63,761 bases of DNA, filler included, from Choristocarpus tenellus KU-1152 (GCA_964200185.2; 12 parts of 12 records of this genome joined end to end with filler, not necessarily neighbours in it); one strand, 5' to 3'; positions 26,462 through 39,865 are shown, counted from the first letter of the whole stretch. Notes: generated by a model from the letters alone, not told the origin. Translations and numbers: made by a program.

Positions 26462-28264
26462 AGTGGGATGTGGGAGGAACGTTATGCTACTACATTATAT
26501 ACTACTATACAAGTAACATGACCTGATGGCTATTCTCCATCATCTACCTTCCTCATTCCCAACAATAAGCACTATTATTAGTACAACCTGTCGAAAACTA
26601 CGTGCACTTTATTTAATTACTCCCTTCCTAACAAAAAAAAATCTCACCCTACCTATTGCAACGATTTATTTGTTCCACAGCTAGTTGTCCATTTCAAGAG
26701 GCACTCGGAAAAGAAAGGCAGAGTCGGTTTCTGAATCACGTAAGGCCCTGCTTGTGAAGACCACGTTACATCTCCAAGAGGTCAACCACGTTTAAGATGC
26801 TCTTTGAGGCCTCCACATGATAAGGGGGAACTCTAGGACTGAAGGCTTCCGCCTGGTCTTGGCAGGGGATGCAGTACTGCTGCACATTAAGCCCAAAACG
26901 AATCTAGAGCTGTGGGTAAGACTAGAAAAAATGGAGACTTCAAATGCCCCCCCCCCCCAATATTGCATCATCCTGCCATGCACATGGGAGTTGCCCCCCC
27001 TAGGAGAACTCCCCAACTATTGAGGGAGCAATCCCCCAATTTCCCATATATTTTGTTGGCACATCGATACATTTTTAATTTTTTGCTCGGGAGGAAAGAG
27101 GATGCCAAGTGCAAGTTAGGGCACTCCAACGGGTACATTTACCAGGTGATCTCCACACATATTCCAAGGCGTGAAAACTCTTGCCGTTTTTGTGGAATGA
27201 TACTGAACCCTTGACCTATTTGTTGAAGTGTCACTTACAACACCATGAGATAGTGTTGCATACTAGTACATGGTGCATGTGGCCATGGATGGGTGTATGG
27301 AGCAATGCTGAACTTCAGATAGATACACTTTTCTTGTCAGTCACGAAACGAGGTGTGTGAAAGTAGTTCCGCAGAGGCAACCACCTAGTTCATGACACTT
27401 TGTTAAGCATTTGTTAGAGGTACTGTGCTGCCCACAATATAGTGCACACTTCAAGGTGTTGACCTTTGAACAACAAGTGTGTGTCACACACCACAATCAC
27501 AGTGGTACGTAACACTACCACATACTATTGTAAGTGGAAGTTCAACAAACCGTTAAAAAGTTCAGTGATAATGCACAAAAACGTCTGAAGTTCTCATATC
27601 TGAAATACGCGCGGAAATGACAAGGTCAGTGTACCCGTTAAAGTACCCTTACTTGTGACTGACATCCTTGACTTCATGCAAAAGTTCAAAACCAGCTGGT
27701 TGATGTGCCATAAATACACAAGAAAAAATGGAGGTGGTTACGTAGCAACCTGTTCCACACTGCAGATTGACCCCCTTACTCTATAAACAATGTACCTGAT
27801 AAGACCATTGCTTATCTCAGAGAAAGGTACATAAACAGTAGTTACGAAGCATGTCCACAGTTTGTGCCCTCACTACACACACAGGTAAGAAAATAGTGTT
27901 GAGGGTATTTATCTTCTTGGTATCGGTGTTAACCCTAACCTTGAGCTTCTTTCCATAGTATGTTTTGGACAGAAAAGGGGAGTCTTTATCTTCGTTGTCG
28001 AGTAAAATCAATTTAGTGGTAGGCAAGTTTGGATCCGTTCGCAATCTAAGCCATCTTCTTACCTTGTGGAATACACTACATTTCATTGCTTTATATATAC
28101 ACATAGTATAGACAAAATTGTTATTCCCCCTTTCCACAAAGTGACATCACAATCCTGCGAAGACCTTTTCTATACTTGTACAACATGACATCTTTTTGCC
28201 CTTTATTAGAATCCTTATAAAGCCACCCTGCCTACCTCTCAGTAGGTTTGACACATTGTTAGCG

Positions 28265-29101
28265 CTCCCTGTCCCGTAAGTCTTTATCGTTATGGTTTTT
28301 TGTGAATAACTTTTTTATATATGAGATTTAGAAAATATAAAATATTGTTCGATAGTCAACAACATGGGCTTGCACATAGATACCTTCAAAATATCTTTTT
28401 TCCCCCTGAAATGTCAGATTTAGCAAAAACAGCAAAACCGCAAAATGGCTGGAAATGATGGTTGATCGGCAATAGTGTCTCAACGAGACCTCTAATGAAG
28501 TCCCGTTAGTTCCATTGGATTCCTTGTTGTTTTTCGCATTAAATTAATTAGTCATCACTCTCATTTTCTCACGAAGGCGTTCTGGATCACTTGATCCCCA
28601 TTGACAGAGATGCGTACAACGCAGCCACAACTTGGTAGATTGAGGTAGTGAATGAGAACGACGAGTAATTCATTTAATGCAAAAAACGCCAAGGAATCCC
28701 ACACAACCGTGTCTTCATCGGAGGTCTCATTGAGATGTTAAGGTTGATTAGCCATCATTTCCAGTCATTTTCGGCCAGCTGTTCTTGCTAACCATCCCAC
28801 TGCAGTCATGTTAAGAATGTGTGAGAGGGGAGAGGGAGTCGCTATTATGTCGAGATTTGTGATATTATAATAATTATTACTACTATTTTGATCTTTATTC
28901 CACTGGGATGGTATTTTCGAAAAAAACGTTGGTGCTCAGGGGACGGTTTCTCAACTATCTTGAAGTGAAAAAATATGTTGAAGATATTTATGAGCAAGTC
29001 GAAGTTGTTGACTTTCGAATCATATTATTCTTAATTTCTGAATCTCACGTTTGAAAATTCACAAAAAACCATAACGGCCCAGACTTACGGGACAAAGGGA
29101 G
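28265..29101. mobile_element. Foldback / long-TIR non-autonomous element with Stowaway (Tc1/mariner)-like ends
   Basis: Left end ctccctgtcccgtaagtct..., right end agacttacgggacaaagggag followed by TA. Arm ~28270-28405 pairs with ~28965-29095, and ~28445-28565 pairs with ~28650-28770. Confidence 0.75.
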
Positions 29102-30176
29102 TAATAATAATAATCCTTTATGTGCACATAATAGTTGCTCTGCTATTTGCACATATACTCATAGCATAAAAATTGTAACGCACATCGTTGCTCACCTAGA
29201 AGTAGACACTGCACCTAGCAAGGGACCCCACACAGAGAATATCTGGACACCATGCCCCCCCTTTCCCCCCACTCTCATGAGATGGTACCTGCATAGTGCC
29301 ACAGAGCGCTCTGTAGTGCTATGAAGCACAACAAAGTAGTGCTGGTTTTATGTGGATACTTGGTGAACGAAATCAACTTGTGATCAAACTGGACTGGTGG
29401 ACCTTGGGGAAAAAGCAATCTTGGCACACTGCATGTAGTGGATAGGTCACATGACGGCGATCTTCCGCTACCATGAGAAACTTGCAGGTATGTATGGTGT
29501 CCAGATACTCCCTGCATGAGTCCCTTCCTAACTTGTACTATTTTAACATTCTACTGAACAAAGGTTATTTTGTTTGCACGTTAGTAAGTATTAAACTTAC
29601 ATCTCTACATTTTGATCATAGATATAACAAAAAACATGGTGCCGTACATTCATGTTTGCGCCCCTGCGTTGGAATCTTTTAGAACTTCAGGGAGAAGATA
29701 TGTGCTCATCTGCTGCATTAAATAGTCAATTTTAAGTGTGGCTGAGTGTAGTACATCATCACCACATGACTGCTGCATCTTGACCAGCCTCTGTGGTAGT
29801 GCGGAAATGTAGAGATGGATAAGTAGCTTGATGTATGGTTGAGCTTCAGTGTTTGTGTGGTTAAATTAATGGGAAAGACGAAAAATACTCTCTACTGCTA
29901 GTTTTTTTTTTAACAGCAAAACAAGAGGAAACCCNNNNNNNNNNNNNNNNNNNNNNNNNNNNNNNNNNNNNNNNNNNNTTAATTAATTAANNNNNNNNNN
30001 NNNNNNNNNNNNNNNNNNNNNNNNNNNNNNNNNNAAAGCGCTCGTAATCGTTTCCATCCTATCCATGAAACTTGCAAGGATCACGAGACGTATCCACTGA
30101 CCCGTGGAGTATGTGGCGTACAGTTACAATCATGTTGTAGCGCGTCTTTGCGTCGATTCGGTGTTTCGTCTTTTCA

Positions 30177-30403
30177 CAACCCTGCACACGTCTGACGATT
30201 ATTTAATCGTAAAAACGATTTAATCACGATCGTGGGTGTCGAAAAATAAACTGACGATTGTTAGTCGCTTCGACGATTGATTTCCCAGGAATGCCACCAT
30301 TATTAGTCGATTCTGCGACTAATTCTTGAAACTCTCCAAGATTAGCTCAACGATTACGATTACCACGATTACTAGTCGTAGTCGTCAGACGTGTGCAATC
30401 CTG
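30177..30403. mobile_element. Small inverted-repeat element (MITE, possibly hAT-like)
   Basis: Perfect 16-bp IR tgcacacgtctgacga (30183-30198) / tcgtcagacgtgtgca (30382-30397). Interior rich in CGATT/AATCG/AGTCG motifs; right end ...CCTG. TSD not clean. Confidence 0.65.
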
Positions 30404-31450
30404 CTTTAACAATTCTCCCGATATTGTACGTAGTGATACAATATCCCATTTTGTACCACATCAATTTTGTTCCGCTTATAGTTGTTGGTAGTTTCAATAT
30501 AAAATCTGCATTTTGCTAGGAAGTTTCTTTGAAATATTTGTTATTTGTTCTAGGATAGAATATTGCTGGTCCATCGGTCAAATACAAATGATAACTCATC
30601 ACTTTTAATACTATTTATTTTCAAAGATACACAACTGGCAAATAGTTACTTGCAACTGTATACGAGTGTCAACATATAGTTTAGCAATCAAGCACAAGAA
30701 TCAAGATGTATTGAAGGTTGTACGAAGATATAAAATTAACTTTTTCTTTGGCACGTCTGAAAATGGAAGAGGTAGATTGGTTGTATTGATGATGTTTATT
30801 GGGTTTGATGGATAGACTAGGCGGTTATTGGGTTGCTGGGTCTGAAGGGTATCCCGGCCTACTGGTCGGGCTACACTTGATACGAGAAGGGTGGTGCAAT
30901 AGTGCTGTTGCGCATTGGAAGAATTCTAGTTAGTCAAAATGCCTGGTCTAAAAGATATATATGAACAGCAGTTCAAGCGAAAAATGATAGAACAGACGAG
31001 GACATCCCTTTCAGCACCAGATCCTCGACATGAACTTGCGTCACATCAGGAGCGAGCTGAGGGGGCGTCGATGTTACACCAGTCCTGTTGCAGAAAGCGC
31101 AAGGGTCATCCCTCCGAAAGACCCCCATTTATGGTGAAAATCGAAACTTGGGGGACAAAGTTGCTCTATGATGAAGAGCGTCAGTAAGTAATTATTGACT
31201 TAAAGCAAGTTGAAGGTATTAGGGATACTACTGTCGGCATCTCGCCATGGATGTGGCCAAGAAGTGACCCTAATACTAGTTTGCAACAAGTGCGTTGAGC
31301 TAATATGGCAAGTCGTTTCGTAGAAATCCAGATGATTGGTAGAAGGGTGAATATTCCAAAAAGTTGTGGAGGATTCGTTACTTGCGCCACGGCTTCCACA
31401 CCAACAACCTAACACCCCTGCATCCCCTCTCTTAATATCCTTGTCTACAG

Positions 31451-34400
31451 CTAGCAATATCGGCCGACCAAGGCAAGCAGTACATGAAGATGGCGCTACA
31501 TGGGGCCTGCCATGAGCTTAGAAACCCCTTACATACCATTACTGCTGCTGCCAGTCTGTTATCGCTGCAGGTATATCGACGTCCTCCACATGCATTCGTG
31601 CATGCACTTGTTCGTGCAAATGTTCGTGGTTATGCCGATCCCTGCGTTGCGTATACCCTAGAGATTCTGACTTTCCTTTGCGGTCCCTTGTCTCAACGTT
31701 CTTCCAATCTGTACAGCCCCACAGGGCTCAAGAGAAGATCACCCTCCCCCCCCAACCCCCAACCCCCTGTACTCCCCTTGCTCTCAAGTCACCGTTCTCT
31801 TCACGCTACTTCCATCTAACGTACCATCAGGTGAAGGGAGATGGACTGAACTATGCCAAAGGCGAGGATAACACGAGTCACGGGCTCGTCAGTGACGAGG
31901 TTCCAAAAGGATGTTACATCCACCCCAACAGCAGGGACAAAAAAACAAAGATAGTGCCTCCTGTGACCAAGAAACCCTGTAGAGGTGGTGAGAGTGTGTA
32001 TGGGGGGAGGATTAGTGCAAATATATCTAGTTTGCGAGGAAAGGAAGGAAGTGGCAATGTTGAACACACTATGGAAGATGTGCTAGGCGGAATGCAGTGT
32101 CGAGGCCAACATGATATCCTTTCTGTGGTAGAAGGTATCAAGGCGTGTCGTGAACCTGAGAAGGCTAGTGTGGAAAAGGGACAATTGTTAGAGAACGACG
32201 GTGGTGCTACAGAGAGGGGGGTGAAGGTGGGGATCTTGCACAACAGCATGATGGAAGAGGTTGAAATCATCAGCCTTGCGGCACAGCACATGATGAGCTT
32301 AGTTGATGATATCTTGGATGCTCAGGACATTGTGGTGAGAAAGGGAGGGTATATGTGGGGTGGTAGGGATGGGAAGTACGGGGGACTACGTCAGTGTAAA
32401 AGTGTATTCTGACAAAGAATATATTCATGATACCAGTTTGTGTTGGATTTTTTCACACTAGAATTTGCTCTTTTATCCCTGAACTGATCAGATTTCCAGA
32501 CTCATAGAATTCATGCTTGTTAGTCGTTGGAAGTGGTGGCCAGATGACACAGTCACTCCCTCTTCATGCCTGAACGTTTATTTTGAGCCTACCCAAAGTC
32601 ATCCTGGACTCATTGTGTAGCCTTTTCCCTTTGCTTCTTCCTTCCACAGAGCTCTATTCACACCCACTTAACTGGTGTGTGTTGTGTACCCAGTTCTAAC
32701 CAGTAGCCCCCATTACCTTAACCCATCTGATTTTCCTTCCCCTGTCTGGAACCCCTGACATCCCTCCCTGCATGTGACTGAAGACTGCTGGAGGCATGAG
32801 AGTTACTCCTGTAAGAACTTGTGTTCAAGAGTTTGTGGAGGGACTCGTCGAGCAGTTTGGGTCCATTCGGAAGGGTATACAATTTTCTGGTGTGGTGGAG
32901 CCTGGAACACCTGAGGTGGTGGTACTTGACAAGTGAGAAACATTTGGGGGGGGTGCCTGGGGGGGGTTACGCTTCTGCTTGTGAATTGGTTCTTTTGAAC
33001 CTTTTATCATCAGGTACAAACAGTCCCATGAAGGTCAACTACTTGGTGTACTTCCCCATGCAGTCATGTCTTTTTTTGGTCAAGGTGTCCTTGATCTTGT
33101 GGAGTCAATCATTTTACTAAGGAAGTCGCAAGTGCAAATTGTGTGACATATGCCAACCCATCATTTAGTCTTCGACCATCTGTTCTCAAATTGAATTGGA
33201 GTATGCCAACAGAGCTAAACAGTGAAACTGCTCAAAAGTTCTTTACACAGTAACGTTTTTTATACAGACCACAATGTGGTAGTGGTACAGGTGGGAGATA
33301 GTTGCAGCACATACAGGAAATGATTCGTATATTGACAATCTCCTTCTAGCCATTCGTTGGTGCTCAACTTAAGATGGGCTTGCCATGTACACTGTTGTAG
33401 AGCAATCTTATGACAGGTAAGGGGCTGTCTGAGGAGAGATAATTTTATGTATTTGTGGGTAGGACTCAAAGGTACCATTAAGGTATGGTACCAGGTAGGA
33501 AGTCACCTGCACCAAGGATGTCGAGCTCCTCCCTGTAAGATGCTTTCCCTCTGGCTTCTGGCAGGCCTTAGCCTTCCTCACCCACCTTACCTGCATAAGA
33601 ACCACCTGTTTTGGGATATCAAGACATGTGTTGGGTTGATTTTGCTAGGAAAGACGACTTTTGTTTGCACATAATGAAAGAAGTTGCTTTTGGGTGCATT
33701 TTTTTATTTTATGTATTCTAGATCCCTTGAAAATGTGTGTGGTTTTTTTTATTGAAAGCTGGACTCTTCATTTTACACCTACCACATATGTATCTTTGGT
33801 CATGGTTTTCAACTCACATGTGGTGGCATTAGTAGCAGGCAAGAGGGCTACAGCACACCCTACCCCTCCTGCAAGCTAGGCTGCTGCCTCACCCCCAAAA
33901 TGAGTTTCAACCATTTTGATCCACGCACATCGAGTGATGGGTAGAACGGTAACAATGGTAGTATTATATGGTAAACTGAATGATTCAGTTGTGGGTCAAG
34001 TTGTGGTATACCTTCTGATGGTATGATAGTGATAGCAGGTATTGTATGCAGTTATTTTTCCAATTTATGGTAATAAATGTGGAAAATTGTGTAACTATGT
34101 GTGGTAAGTTTTCTTTGTGCAGCCCTGAAGTTTTGATAGTGACAGCTAGGTAATATTGAGAGGAATACAATGATACAAAGTTGAAAAAATATATTGTGCT
34201 ATGTGTTGACATTAGTGAGCTGTAACAAGAAAATACCTTTTTTTGCAACTGGCCCAGGGAGAGACTTCGCCAGGTGTGCTCCAATGGCATCAACAATGCT
34301 CTGAAATATGGAAGGTGGGAATGGGATGTGTGCTCTGCATGATTTATGAATGTGTTTGACTTGTGCTGTGGTGACCAAGATGTGAGGGCTGGGTAATGAA

Positions 34401-35603
34401 GAGTGATAGATGAAGGTGTTTGACTTATACTGTGGTGACCAAGATGTGAGGGATGGGTAATGAAGAGTGATAGATACACAATGTATCAAGTAGTAGAGGC
34501 TGTTTTCACTGTCTGGTGAAAACATTTGTAAAAAACAGGGTTTTTTTCCATTAGTTGTCACCCCCTCTGTGTGGACTGCTGGAGCAGTTACATAGTGTAT
34601 GGAGGGTGTTATTGGTACAATTGTGGATGGATAATGACAGAATTTGGAGACTTCAATGTCCTTTTTTTTTTAGTGCAATCACCCCAAGCGGTTAAATAGA
34701 TACGTAATAACACCCTCTCTTTCTTGCACACACGCACAGACACAGACACACACAGACACACACAGACACACACACACTGTTTAGATAGTTGATTTTAGTT
34801 TTATGTGTTGCATGCAGGTCATTGGTCCAAATCCGGGTCAGCTGGCTTCGCCATATAGACCCCAAAGAGGGCATTGAAAGGTGCAATCTGAAGGTGGAGA
34901 TAAAGGATGATGGTGTCAACGCAAATCTCAAGGTGTGTCCTGTTTCCCCTCCACCCTCTCTCTCACTCCCACTCTCACTCCCTCCCTCCCTTGCTTGCTT
35001 GCTTGCTCCATTTTTTATCCTTGTTATGAGAAGTAGACCATAGCTTGTGGCTATAGGGTATTTCTCATGTCTCCATGCCGGACTCTTGATTGCAGGGATC
35101 ACTTTATATTGGTTGTACATGGTAGTAGGCCATGTGAACCTAGCTACTCCTCTTGAACCTACTCTGACATACACACCCTGCCTCTTGTCGCAACTATCGG
35201 TGTTGTTCCCCTTAAACTTGACTTGTTGGTTCCAATCACCACGTACTTGTGCCATGTAAGCTATACTCAACGTTTCTACACCCTCCTCTCCAACAACTTC
35301 TGCCAGCTCACTCGGTTGACTCACTGATTTACCATGCCCATCGATATATAAAAGAACAGTTGTGTAACATAGAGTAACCTTGTGATTTATTTATTTTTGG
35401 GGGGGGGAGGGTAGGCTTCTCCTAGTGCTCCATACCTTAGACAAATGCCGAGTACAGATGGAGGCGGAGAGGGCATGGTGACAGGGGATGCTACCCTGGA
35501 AGCTGGGATGTACTCCCTCACAGTAACTAAACTAATGCTGGAGGTTATGGGGGGCGAGCATGGGCTGGAGCGACGAAGCAAGGGTGAGGCTGTAGATTTG
35601 TTG
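31451..35603 (+). CDS. Sensor histidine kinase (HisKA + HATPase_c), multi-exon, partial at both ends
   Basis: Phase-consistent exons: 31451-31570 (H-box GACHELRNPLHTI), 31831-32334 (..EEVEIISLAAQHMMSLVDDILDAQDIV), 32784-32932 (TAGGMRVTP..KGIQFSGVVEPGTPEVVVLDK), 34258-34314 (N-box ERLRQVCSNGINNALKYG), 34818-34932 (G1 region LKVEIKDDGVN), 35415-~35583/35603 (G2 region AGMYSLTVTKLMLEVMGGEHGLE). Confidence 0.85.
34352..34475. repeat. ~62-bp tandem duplication inside a histidine kinase intron
   Basis: gtgtttgactt.t.ctgtggtgaccaagatgtgaggg.tgggtaatgaagagtgatagat occurs twice. Confidence 0.85.
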
Positions 35604-36192
35604 GTATCAAGGTTTGTATTGGAAACTGGAAGTTATCCACTTTTTTCTGTATGCTGTGAATATATTTGAGAGAAATGTGAGATATTTTTCTCCTTTTTGT
35701 TTTTGTTGCCACGAGGGAGTGAGGCAATGATGCGATTGCCTATGTTTAGTTTTTAGTTTAATAACGCATATCGGTAGCTCATTGAGTAGCAGGAACAAAG
35801 GATAAGGTTGTGCACCTATTTTTGTGTATGTGTATCAGTTAGTTTCAAATACCGACTAATTCGCGCCACCATGCCCGTTGTGGTGACAGGCGTTCTTCAG
35901 CTCAATTCATTTGAGACTGAACCATACATCAGTACAATGATGTGTGATGGAGATTTGCTGAAATGGCACCTCTCTGTTCTGCCGAGAAAAGATACACTGG
36001 TAGTCTGGTTCTGTTTGTTTTTTTTTGTCCCGGTGTTCACACTTCTAAAATCACACCTCCCTTGCTTCATCATCTTCTACCTACTTCTCCCCNNNNNNNN
36101 NNNNNNNNNNNNNNNNNNNNNNNNNNNNNNNNNNNNTTAATTAATTAANNNNNNNNNNNNNNNNNNNNNNNNNNNNNNNNNNNNNNNNNNNN

Positions 36193-37611
36193 GGGCCACC
36201 TCCTGGGCCGTGGCCATGTCCATAGCCATGTCCATCACCCCTATTCCCACCAAAACCCATTCCTGAGCTGCGACTCATCATGCCTGCCAGGCCACCAAGA
36301 CCCCCATGCGTCTGTGTGACAAAAAGAAATTTTGCCACAGGAGGGGGGGGAGGACGCTGGGAGTTCAAATACTGGAAGGCATGCAGTGCAGGCAAGCCAG
36401 GACGGGGAGATGAAGCGAGAGAGAGGACCTTCCCTATCATGGTCGAGTGAATACAAGTGGCATTGACTTTCAGATGTCAAATCCAATCCAATTTTGTCAC
36501 CCACAGACAAACATTCAACCCGAATTCAAGCCAGGCATGTATGGGGACTATATGCAGTCACTGCACTATAACATTTTAAATATCAAACTGTTGTAAAGAA
36601 CCAAATTTTACATAGTGCAACAAACAGAAAATGCATCCTAAACTCGACACATGAGGGTAAGTAGTAATTACATTGTAAGTGGGTTATAGATGTGCTTGCA
36701 TAACAAATGTGGACCATAACCACAAAAAATTATCTGATGGGAACAAATATTTTTCCCAAGACTAGAATCATGTAATGGCAATCCTTCAGTTCCTAGCAAA
36801 AGCAGACACTTCAAACAAAAAAGCATGTAGAATGACAAGATGATATAAAAGACAAATATTCAAACATCTTCAACAACTTTGTGGGAAAATACATACACCT
36901 ACAGCCACCATGTGCTTTTTCTGGTGCACCTTGTGGGGTAAGGGCTCTGGTCCGGACGAAGGACCAGAGGGAGACAGACCCATCCCAAGAGTCGACAAAG
37001 TGCCCTGACCAGTGGTTCCACCTCCAGCTGTGCCACCTCCTCCATCCTGGTTTAGAAAGAACACATCGTTAACTGCATAGGGTCAACATTGCTGGTAGTT
37101 TGTAGCCCCAGCAAAAAATGCAAACCACAGAATACTAGAGGGAAGAAGCAAATCGGCTAGAAACCACAGAAGTGTGGTAACACATCAGTGGCCTTTTTTC
37201 CGCAGAGCTACATGAAGAGAAAGAAGTATTACGTGCTGGAGAAGGAAGGCATTGAGATTAATCGAAGGGATCAAGCCAATCACTTGGGAATAACAAAATT
37301 TGGTTCGGCACAAAATTTATTTTCCCGGAAGACAACCTTACCAGTCTCAGTCGCAACCTTCTATCTACGGAGCACTAGCTCTTTGTACGCCCTCTAAAGA
37401 TGTAGTAGAAACCTAAAAAATGGTTAAAAATACCCATTTCCTCCATATTGGCGTAAGAAAATCTTCCTGTAGTCTCGTTCACGCCTCTCACCCCGTCTAA
37501 GGTCTCTTCCTGCGGTCTCTTGGGTGGCTTGAAGACACCCCCACCTCTACTCCATGTAGGACCCAGGCGAGGCATGTCGCCTGGTGGTCTCTCCGTTCCA
37601 GAATCCGCCAT
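36193..37611 (-). CDS. Probable 5' exons of a Gly/Ser-rich low-complexity protein
   Basis: MADSGTERPPGDMPRLGPTWSRGGG...RFSYANMEEM (37611-~37435), DGGGGTAGGGTTGQG...KKHMVAV (~37048-36899) and THGGLGGLAGMMSRSSG...GPGGG (~36312-36193), with plausible AG/GT boundaries. Exon joining was not fully resolved. Confidence 0.4.
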
Positions 37612-39865
37612 CTTTCAGGAGTCAGTGTAGTCATCAGGTCCACCCAGTAATGTATTTACCCCGGTAAAGAGGATAAGGGGTGGAGGATAGGGGAGTGCAA
37701 TGTAGGGGAAGGGCTCATTCAATAGGTGTGATCGTTATCAGGGGACTACTACAAGACACCTGTGCATGAGAGATGCAGCATGAAGTAAGTTGACACTTTG
37801 GGACTAATGGCTACGAGTAGGAGGACTCATTACACAGTGCCTGTTGCTCGAAAGGTTAATCTTTCGATATCACAAAGTGCAATAAATAGACCGTACACAA
37901 TTGCACCCAGTGGAGGTGTCGCCCAGATGAAGGAGAGAAGTAGAGACAGCTCAGAGAAGGTAGGTATGAAACCAGCCACATTGGTATCTGAGGAATATCT
38001 AATGAAACTATTGCTGAGTCACAAGCAGGGCAAAACTGAAGCCACCGTAGCGGCCTCAAAAGCATAGAATTGACTACATAAACGGGCAGACACCTTCCGT
38101 TACCCCAAGGTACCTGCAGGGTGAATCGTCGAGACCCACTCTCTGGCTTTAAGTTTCGCAGGATCTCCTTCCTCCTCTCCACAACTAGTAATCCCTCAAC
38201 CCTCTCGGATCCTCCGGAACATCCACACACGAAAAATTCCTTTCCACCCGTTCGCCCTCCAGGGCCAAAGTACTCGGACGCCTTTTCTGATGTCCCAGTG
38301 TGCACTTACTCCTTCACTCTTGTGGCTCCAATGTTGAGAGGACAGCAGAATCCCACTTTCAACTGAAAACTGTCCATCCTAAAAATAAAATACAATTTCG
38401 TTGATCAAACCCTTTTTCCCTTGACATACAATGGTATTGAATTGTTGGAGCGTTCAAGCACCCTCAAATCAAACCGGTGAATACAGGGGAGGGATTCAGC
38501 ATGACTGACAGGACAGCTGAGTTTCAGGGTGTCGTTAAGGTTTTCCGTCGGTCCATCCCAGTGGATGAACTAGCACGACCGCCTCCATCACGGGACACGT
38601 CTGACTTCTTTCGCACTGCAGCGAGTATTGCCCTCGGATTCGAGGGCACCTCCAAGCTAGTACGTGTCCAAGGAAGGTTGTTAGGGGCCCTAGATGTCTA
38701 ACAAAGTAGTAGACTGTAAAATTTTGCAATACTTTATGTCCCCCATAAGGTTCAAGTATCCCTCTCTCAACTTGCGAAGTATTGGCACGGTGATGTATCA
38801 CCCACCAAACGCCAACTTCTCGAACAGATCGACAGAGTCAAGAAGCTTGTAGGGCGGAAAGGCTTCAGCAACAACCCAGCAGCCGAGATCAATGTCGTTA
38901 TGAACCTTTTTGAAAGTGATATGGCGGATCTTCAGAGAGACATTGAGATGTTGCAAAGGTGAATCGACCTGTATCCTCACGATGTGACGTGTTGTCGATC
39001 CTAAGTTGGTGAGCATTACCTGCAAAAGGCACAACTTAATTTCACGTCCATACCAATGGCAATTGGTATCTAAAATTGGATGAGGAGACCTGCTTTACCT
39101 CGTTGTGGTAGTCTATTTTTGCCTCAGACATCAACAGATTCGACTACACATTGATCAGGAATAGTGGAAACACTAATGCCCTGAAAATGCGAACAACCAG
39201 AAGACTCTCACTTCAAATCCATGCTTCCACAAATTTAAATGTTAAAGGCACTAGCTTGTCCTTGTCCCTCGCCTCTACCACCTCCAGGTACACCGACGGG
39301 AATAGTAAGGGAGGCCCTCGACCTAACAGTCAGCACCAGAAGCACTGCCTTCACATAGTCACCACGCTGCGCAATGCTGCCAAGGAACACACCAAGGCCT
39401 TTAGGGATGCGTTGCTACTACGAGCAGCGGTGAGGGAGCTCAGTAGCAAACGGTTTGTCGATGTTTTGGGGGCAAAGGGTTGACGCTGCTTCTGAACCTT
39501 GAAGTTTTCAGAGTGTGGAACAAAGTTCGAAAGCACATCTTCTGTTTGTTTTTGAGAGATTGGCGGGGGAATGCACACCTTGAAAGAGAGGGAATGTGTG
39601 TGTAGGCCTTGCATCTCCATCAATCCACTCTACGGGCAGCTATTGCTTCTTCAATTGCTTGCAACTTCCACTGAAGCGCACCATCCGTGCCGACGTATAT
39701 AGCAGGATTTAGTTATCTAGATTAGGTATGCCGTGCCACCTGCTGCTATCCTTTGTACACAGTGGGCTAAGGGTTGTTTCTAGAACAATTCCCTTTTCCT
39801 TCAACAGCAGTAAAAATCAAGAGATGTAAACACACTTCACTTTTTTTAATGTACATTTTGCACAG

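Noticed and set aside
30820-31290. Upstream exons of the histidine kinase (ORF 30939-31187 with a GTAAGT donor)
   Set aside because: Likely related, but I could not build a phase-consistent, stop-free join to 31451.
32975-33013. VLLNLLSS peptide as the histidine kinase N-box
   Set aside because: It lies in the intron after the GTGAG donor at 32933 and in a different frame. The better N-box exon is 34258-34314, which fits the phases on both sides.
33291-33415. Exon-like segment (CAG...CAG|GTAAGG) within the kinase gene
   Set aside because: Stop codons occur in all three frames.
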